From: an uncultured Candidatus Rokubacteria bacterium
Lineage (GTDB): Bacteria > Methylomirabilota > Methylomirabilia > Rokubacteriales > DASRDR01
Length of the DNA stretch: 64,000 nt
Reading direction: 5' to 3'
NCBI GenBank assembly: GCA_963826115.1
Contig: CAWGVS010000005.1
Span: forward strand, 1,344,001-1,408,000
Part shown: piece after piece, positions 58,697-64,000 of the stretch
How positions within the stretch are numbered: the stretch's first letter is position 1
How the letters are laid out: each line of letters begins with the position of its first letter
Notes under the pieces: model-generated
What the model saw: the letters and a program-made list of their open reading frames with translations, nothing else
What the model was told of the DNA's origin: nothing
Database searches by the model: none
Translations under genes and position numbers: made by a program

Positions 58697-60238
58697 CTAG
58701 AAGTCCCGCTGGAGGAAGATCGGCGCCATCAGGTTGTCGGCCGGGGCGTAATCGTCCGTCAACACGACGGGATTCGAGTCCCGGAGCCACTCCTCCATGG
58801 CCTCGGGGGGCAGCACCCCCACCCTGGTCTCGCCGTCCGGCCCCTCCCAGGGGATCTTCCCCAGCCGGGCGAGGTCGAGCGGGACTCCGCTCGCCGCCAC
58901 CACGTAGGTCCGGGCGCGCGGCGCCCGGGTGCCGGGCAGGTCGGACAGCACGTACACGTGCGGGAACACCTCCCGCAGCGTGCGGACGACCGAGGCCATG
59001 AACCGGCCGCCGCGCATCCGGTCGATGACGAGCGCCAGGTACAGGCCGTCGGGCGCGAGCAGGCCGCGCACCCGCTGCGCGAACTCGCGCGTCGTCAGGT
59101 GGTACGGCACCTGGTAGTCGTTGAAGGCGTCGCCGAAGATCAGGTCGTAGGTGGCCGTCCCCTGCTTCGCCTCCACGACTTCGCGGGCGTCGCGGTTGTA
59201 CGTGACCACCCGCGTCGCCGGGCTGAGCCCGAGGAACTCCGACGCCGTCTGGGTGACGCCCGGGTCGATCTCGGCCACCTCCAGGGTCGCGTCCAGGTAC
59301 ACGGTCTCCATGTAGCGGGGCATCGTGTACCCCCCACCCCCGATGAAGAACGCCCGGAGTCGAGGCGCCCGCTCGGCGGCGTAGGCGGTGAGCGCGGCGT
59401 AGGTCCGCATGTAGGGGTAGTGGAGGCGTCGCGGGTCCTCGACCGAGTTGTAGCTGTGGATCAGGTGGTCGAGCGACAGTACCCGGTAGACTTGGCCGTC
59501 TGGCTCGCGCTCCGACGTCACCCGGATGCAGTAGTAGGCCGTCTCGCGGTGGCACCAGGTCGCGAGCGCATCCCCGAGACGGATCTGCGCGAGGCTCATC
59601 AGGAGGAGGAGCACCATCGCCGCGTCCACGAGGCGCGGCCACCCCGGGTGGCGGAAGAACTCGCCCGTCGCGACGGCCAGCACGATGAGCACGACGCCGA
59701 CCCCGAAGATGACCGACCGGGTCCCGACCCAGGGGATCAGGACGAAGCCGGTCAGGAACGTCCCCGCGATGCTGCCGAGCGTCGACCAGGCGTAGATCCG
59801 CCCGACGAGGGTCCCGGCGCGCTCGAGGTCGGCGAGCGTCCGCTTCACCACGATCGGCGACACCATCCCCAGCATCACGCTCGGGACGAAGAAGAGGAGC
59901 CCGGTGACGAGGACGATGCGGGGCACGACCGGGAGGCCGCGCGGGACGAGGCCCAGCAGGTCGATCGTCGTGAACGGCAGGATGGCCAGGCTCGCCAGGC
60001 CGGCGGTGGCCAGGACGAGGCCGAGCGTCCGCCGGGACCCGGCGAGGTCCGCCACGGTCCCGCCCAGGTAGTTGCCGAGCGAGATCCCGGCCAGGACCAC
60101 GCCGATGATGCTGGTCCAGGTGTAGAGCGAGACGCCGAAGTACGACGCGAGGAGCCGACCCGCCGAGATCTCGAGAACGAGCGCGCCGGCGCTCGCCACG
60201 AAGACGATCGCGTACGCCGCGGAGAGCCGGCGGGTCAC
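58697..60238 (-). CDS. Fused membrane domain + SAM-dependent transferase ('fused MFS/spermidine synthase' type)
   Basis: About 7 TM with 'WTSIIG..L.G.SLG..LGG..AD', 'STLGSI.GTF'; then 'IGGGGY', 'EIDP', 'DAR', 'DLI..DAF', 'LTDDYAP'. Confidence 0.85.
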   Translation of the reverse strand: MTRRLSAAYAIVFVASAGALVLEISAGRLLASYFGVSLYTWTSIIGVVLAGISLGNYLGGTVADLAGSRRTLGLVLATAGLASLAILPFTTIDLLGLVPRGLPVVPRIVLVTGLLFFVPSVMLGMVSPIVVKRTLADLERAGTLVGRIYAWSTLGSIAGTFLTGFVLIPWVGTRSVIFGVGVVLIVLAVATGEFFRHPGWPRLVDAAMVLLLLMSLAQIRLGDALATWCHRETAYYCIRVTSEREPDGQVYRVLSLDHLIHSYNSVEDPRRLHYPYMRTYAALTAYAAERAPRLRAFFIGGGGYTMPRYMETVYLDATLEVAEIDPGVTQTASEFLGLSPATRVVTYNRDAREVVEAKQGTATYDLIFGDAFNDYQVPYHLTTREFAQRVRGLLAPDGLYLALVIDRMRGGRFMASVVRTLREVFPHVYVLSDLPGTRAPRARTYVVAASGVPLDLARLGKIPWEGPDGETRVGVLPPEAMEEWLRDSNPVVLTDDYAPADNLMAPIFLQRDF

Positions 60239-61359
60239 GCGGTCCGGACCCTCCGCGGCAGCGCGGCGAGGACCGTGCATGCCTCGCGGACGACGTTCTC
60301 GACCACCTCGCCGGCCCCCGGCAGATCGCGGACGAGCCCCACGCCCTGCCCGGCCAGCATCGGGAAGTAGTCGCCTTCCCCGCGCCGTCTCGCCTCCTCG
60401 ACCACGTCCTGGGCGGCGCGCGACTGGAGGAGCGCCGGCAGGACCGGCGCGCCCGAGGCCCGGTACTCCTGGGTGTACGTGTTGCGCAGCGTCCGGAGCC
60501 ACAGCCCGGTGAACGCGTCGGTGAGGAGCGTGTCGTCGCCTTCCCGCTCGAGGAGCGACTTCTTCCAGAACTCGGGCGCCATGGACTCCCGCGTGGCAAC
60601 GAACCGCGTGCCGAGCAGCACGCCCACCGCCCCGAGTGCCAGCGCGGCGACCAGGCCGCGGCCGTCGACGACGCCGCCCGACGCCACCACGGGGACCGGC
60701 ACCGCGTCGACGACCTGGGGGACGAGCGCGAGCGCGCCCACGCTGGCGGCCTCGGGCGAGGGGCGCTTCACCCACGTGGACCGGTGGCCGCCGGCCTCGC
60801 TCCCCTGCGCGACCACGACGTCGACGCCCGAGGCGACGACCGCGCGCGCGTCCTCCACCGTCGCCACCATCGCCACGACCTTGATGCCCGCGGCGCGGCA
60901 GCGGCCGACGAGCCCGGGGCCCGGGTCGCCGAGCCCGATGCTGAAGACCGCGGGCCGCTCCTCGAGAATCACGTCGACCTGCGCCTGGATGATGTCCGGA
61001 ACGGCCTCGGGCCGTCCCGCGCGCGCTGGCAACCCGAGCCGGGAGCGGAACCGGTTGAGGACGGCGTGGACTCCGGCCAGCCGCTCGTCGACGATCGTCG
61101 CCGGATCGGTCGGCGGCCGGAGCTCCGTGTGGAGCCACAAGTTCACGCCGAACGGGCGATCGGTGAGCTCCCGCACGTGCCGGATCCGCCGGCGCAGCTC
61201 GTCGGGCGGCACGGTCAGGCCCGCGAGGATGCCGAGGCCGCCGGCCCGCGACACCTCGGCGACCAGGTCCGGCCCCGCGACGTTCCCCATCCCCGACTGG
61301 AGGATCGGGTACTCGATCCCGAGGAGATCGCACAGGGCGGTCCGCAGGACGTCTCGCAT
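60235..61359 (-). CDS. Nitronate monooxygenase family flavoprotein
   Basis: 'GIEYPI.Q.GM', 'PFGVNL', 'QG.EAGGHR', 'GG..DGRG..AAL.LGA..V..GTRF', 'AGQ'. Confidence 0.9.
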   Translation of the reverse strand: MRDVLRTALCDLLGIEYPILQSGMGNVAGPDLVAEVSRAGGLGILAGLTVPPDELRRRIRHVRELTDRPFGVNLWLHTELRPPTDPATIVDERLAGVHAVLNRFRSRLGLPARAGRPEAVPDIIQAQVDVILEERPAVFSIGLGDPGPGLVGRCRAAGIKVVAMVATVEDARAVVASGVDVVVAQGSEAGGHRSTWVKRPSPEAASVGALALVPQVVDAVPVPVVASGGVVDGRGLVAALALGAVGVLLGTRFVATRESMAPEFWKKSLLEREGDDTLLTDAFTGLWLRTLRNTYTQEYRASGAPVLPALLQSRAAQDVVEEARRRGEGDYFPMLAGQGVGLVRDLPGAGEVVENVVREACTVLAALPRRVRTA

Positions 61360-61373
61360 GTCCGGCCCTCCCG

Positions 61374-62012
61374 TCAGGCCCTCGCCGTCTCGGGACGCGC
61401 GGCGCTGGACGCGAGCCCCACCGCGGCGGCCCCCAGCGCGAGTAGCGTCAGCCCGACTCCCAGGACGATGGCCCGCGTGCCAAAGTGGGCGATGAGAACG
61501 AACCCCGTCAGGAAGGCTCCGCCCAGGCTGCCCAGGGTGGACGCGGCGTACATGCGCCCCACGACCGTCCCCGTGCGGTGGAGGTCCCGGAGCGCGCGCT
61601 TGACCGCAACGGGGGGAATCATCCCGAGCAGGACGCTCGGCACGAAGAAGAGAAGCGTCGTGAGGAGCACGATCCGGACGACCAGAGGGAAGCTCCGGGG
61701 CGCGATCGCGGCCGCCCCGCCCACCAGCGGGAGCACCGCGAGGCTCGCCAGGCCTCCCGCCGCGAGCAGAAGGCCGAGCGCCCGGTCCGAGCTCGTGCGG
61801 TCAGCCACAACGCCGCCAAGGTAGTTCCCGAGAGAGATCCCGGCGAGCACTACTCCGATGACGCTCGTCCAGGTGTGGATGGACACGCCGACGAACGGCG
61901 CCAGGATGCGTCCGGCCACCAGCTCGAGCACCAGCGTGCACCCGCTCGCGAGCACGACCATGAGGTAGAGCGCCCACGGCCGCGCGCGACTGCCGGGGCC
62001 CGCCGCGGTCAC
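61374..62012 (-). CDS. Membrane-domain-only paralog of the fused MFS/spermidine synthase-like protein
   Basis: 'LVLEL.AGR.LAP..G.S..TWTSVIG', 'STLGS.GG.FLTGF.LI'; no catalytic domain; GTGA overlap with the upstream gene. Confidence 0.8.
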   Translation of the reverse strand: MTAAGPGSRARPWALYLMVVLASGCTLVLELVAGRILAPFVGVSIHTWTSVIGVVLAGISLGNYLGGVVADRTSSDRALGLLLAAGGLASLAVLPLVGGAAAIAPRSFPLVVRIVLLTTLLFFVPSVLLGMIPPVAVKRALRDLHRTGTVVGRMYAASTLGSLGGAFLTGFVLIAHFGTRAIVLGVGLTLLALGAAAVGLASSAARPETARA

Positions 62013-63481
62013 CAGACGAGGATCACGTAGCCGGGACCGCCCGGGGATCCGGGCCGTCCCGCGTCGCCGCCCGTGCCGCCGGCGCCGGCCCGCGGCGGCG
62101 GATCGACGCTCCCGCGCGCCGCGGCACCGCTGGTGCCGCCCCGACCCGGCGAAAGGCACGTCGACGGCGACAGGGCCGCGGGTCGGCAGGTCTCGCCGGA
62201 CGCCCCCTCGCTCCCGTCCCGTCCGATGCCGAGCGATGCCTCCGCGCGACCGCCGCCACCGCCAGTCCCCGGCGCGCCGTCGGGGCGGGCAGGGCGGCCA
62301 CCCTGCCCCGGACGCACCGACAGGAGAACGGTGCCCGTCGTGGTGTCGCGGAACTGTGTCTCACGCCCGTCGCCGCCACCGCTCGGATCCGGCAGGCCGC
62401 CGTCGCCCACGATCAGGTCGTATGCCGTGCCCGGCACGACCACCAGGACGGCCCGCTGGTACGCGCCCGCCCCGCCTCCGCCACCACCACCCTGGGCACC
62501 GGGGGACCCGGGGCCGCCGGCTCCGCCGGCACCCCACGCCTCCACCATCACGCGGGTCACGCCGGAGGGCGCCGTCCACACCCCGCTCGCGCGGTACTCG
62601 CGCAGACCGCCCACGGACGCGGGCACGACCGCGGCCGCCACGGCCGGCGATGCGGGGCTCGCCCCGGTCGCCTGCGCGCCTGCAGGTCCCGCGGTCCCTC
62701 GGGGACCTGCCGGGCCCGCTGGTCCCACCGGTCCCGCCACTCCCGGGACCCCGATGGCGCCCGGCGGACCCGCGGGCCCGACGGGACCCACGGGGCCGGG
62801 CAGGCCCGGGGGCCCCGCGGGACCCCGCTCACCGGACGCGCCCGGCGGGCCGGGCGGACCGGGCGGGCCCGCGGCGCCGGTCCCCCGGAGCGTGATCTCG
62901 AGATCCGGCTCGTGGCTGGTGGCCGCGTTTTCCTTGCTGTCGAATTCAACGGCCACGCCTGCCGCGTTCGGCACGAGCACGAGCCCGTTGTTCTCGAGCG
63001 TCCGATCGAGCCACTCCTGGACCAGCTCGGTCACGTCCACGACGAGGAAGCGATTCCGGTCCCTCGAGGAGACGGGAATGCCCAGCAGCTCGTCCCGGCC
63101 CCGGCCCGGCGCGTTCGCCGCCGTCACCGAATCCTCGCTCCAGCCTCCACGCACCGAGTGCGCGTCGATCATCCCGCCGCGCGTGACCTTGCTGACCCAC
63201 AGTCGGAGGACGGCGCGGGAGACGTCGGCGCCGCGCGTGCCGGCAGGCAACGTGGTCAGATCGAAGCGGACGTACGTCTGGGCGGCCCCCGGCCCCGGAC
63301 CCTGAACGAGGAGGCTCGGCGCCGAACCGAAGTTCGTCGACCGCGCGGACTGCAGCGTGTGCGCATCGTCGCTGAGACGCGCCATGACCGCGCCGGCCGG
63401 CGCGGGCAGCGCGGCAAGAATCACGGCCGCGGCCGAACAGGCGCTCGCGACGCGCAGGGTGCTCCACCTGGCAACTCGCAA
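62009..63481 (-). CDS. Secreted protein: DNRLRE-like domain + collagen triple-helix repeat + Gly-rich C-terminal domain
   Basis: GAGGAGG RBS then TTG; signal peptide; 'YVRFDL', 'W.E..VT', 'DVT.LV..W', 'F.SKE', 'P.L.I'; (GXY)23; 'WTAP.GVT.V.VE.WGAGG.GG...G.PGYVI'. Confidence 0.8.
   Translation of the reverse strand: MRVARWSTLRVASACSAAAVILAALPAPAGAVMARLSDDAHTLQSARSTNFGSAPSLLVQGPGPGAAQTYVRFDLTTLPAGTRGADVSRAVLRLWVSKVTRGGMIDAHSVRGGWSEDSVTAANAPGRGRDELLGIPVSSRDRNRFLVVDVTELVQEWLDRTLENNGLVLVPNAAGVAVEFDSKENAATSHEPDLEITLRGTGAAGPPGPPGPPGASGERGPAGPPGLPGPVGPVGPAGPPGAIGVPGVAGPVGPAGPAGPRGTAGPAGAQATGASPASPAVAAAVVPASVGGLREYRASGVWTAPSGVTRVMVEAWGAGGAGGPGSPGAQGGGGGGGAGAYQRAVLVVVPGTAYDLIVGDGGLPDPSGGGDGRETQFRDTTTGTVLLSVRPGQGGRPARPDGAPGTGGGGGRAEASLGIGRDGSEGASGETCRPAALSPSTCLSPGRGGTSGAAARGSVDPPPRAGAGGTGGDAGRPGSPGGPGYVILVW
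62672..62878 (-). repeat. Collagen-like Gly-X-Y repeat, 23 uninterrupted triplets
   Basis: [21 protein letters not shown] ... GPA GAQ. Confidence 0.9.
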
Positions 63482-63689
63482 ACAGGGTCCTCCTCGACGG
63501 TGGCTCGTCCCGGGGAACGTCCCGGCAGCGTGGCAGCTCACGGGGCAGGATATGGCACGATCCGGGGCCTGGCAACCGCGCGCGGTCCCCCGAACGCCCG
63601 CGCGGCTCGGCCGACGCGCCCTCGACCCCGTGTTAGGCTGCCACGTGGGGCGGCCGGTCCTCCGATGGTCCGCCGCCCGAGGGGGACGC

Positions 63690-64000
63690 ATGAGGTTCCG
63701 TGACAGGGTGGCGCTCGTGACCGGCGCCGGCTCCGGGATCGGCCGGGCCACGGCCATCCTCTTCGCACAGGAGGGCGCGCGGGTCGCGGTCGTCGATCTC
63801 CGCGAAGGGAGCGCCAAGGAGACGGCGGAAGCGATCGAGCGGAGCGGGGGCCAGGCACTCGCGCTGCGCGCGGACGTGAGCCGCGGGGCGGACAACGAGG
63901 CCGCGGTCGCCGCGACGGTGGCCCGCTGGGGGCGGCTCGACGTCTTCTACGCGAACGCCGGAGTCCCCCAGTCGCCGACGCCGATCGAGGACGTCGACGA
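63690..64000 (+). CDS. Short-chain dehydrogenase/reductase (runs off the window)
   Basis: '[22 protein letters not shown]', 'G.LD....NAG'. Confidence 0.88.
   Translation, partial: MRFRDRVALVTGAGSGIGRATAILFAQEGARVAVVDLREGSAKETAEAIERSGGQALALRADVSRGADNEAAVAATVARWGRLDVFYANAGVPQSPTPIEDVD

Noticed and set aside
63540-63580. Sigma54-like TGGCACG
   Set aside because: No TTGC -12 element at the required spacing

Overview
Very GC-rich (about 70%+ by eye) bacterial chromosomal segment, densely coded with about 62 genes. I found no rRNA, tRNA, CRISPR array, integrase or transposase. The GC level, the many peptide-type ABC transporters and the F420-type oxidoreductases would fit a soil heterotroph such as Candidatus Rokubacteria, but that is inference only. 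Most ORFs in the supplied track are GC-rich shadow frames, so I reassigned starts by hand. The content is mainly metabolic or housekeeping (ispG, tam, mak, ybaK, aminopeptidase P, thiolase, tartrate dehydrogenase, fused E1, Fpg/Nei, NiCoT, MFS/EamA/LysE transporters, two Opp/Dpp ABC systems). The best leads are: (1) an 802-aa GAF protein whose C-terminal half carries class III nucleotide-cyclase-like motifs; (2) a promoter-bounded, GGA-rich, hairpin-terminated candidate Csr/Rsm-like sRNA at about 20400-20645; (3) a 14-kb minus-strand catabolic cluster (aminotransferase, atypical aldolase, ureohydrolase with His->Asn, ABC importer, GNAT, MFS, second aminotransferase); (4) a coupled operon of a collagen-like surface protein, two membrane 'spermidine-synthase-like' proteins and a nitronate monooxygenase; (5) a GGGGTCAGGCC...GGCCTGACCCC REP-like family that overlaps gene starts. 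Family assignments come from recalled motifs, not database searches.
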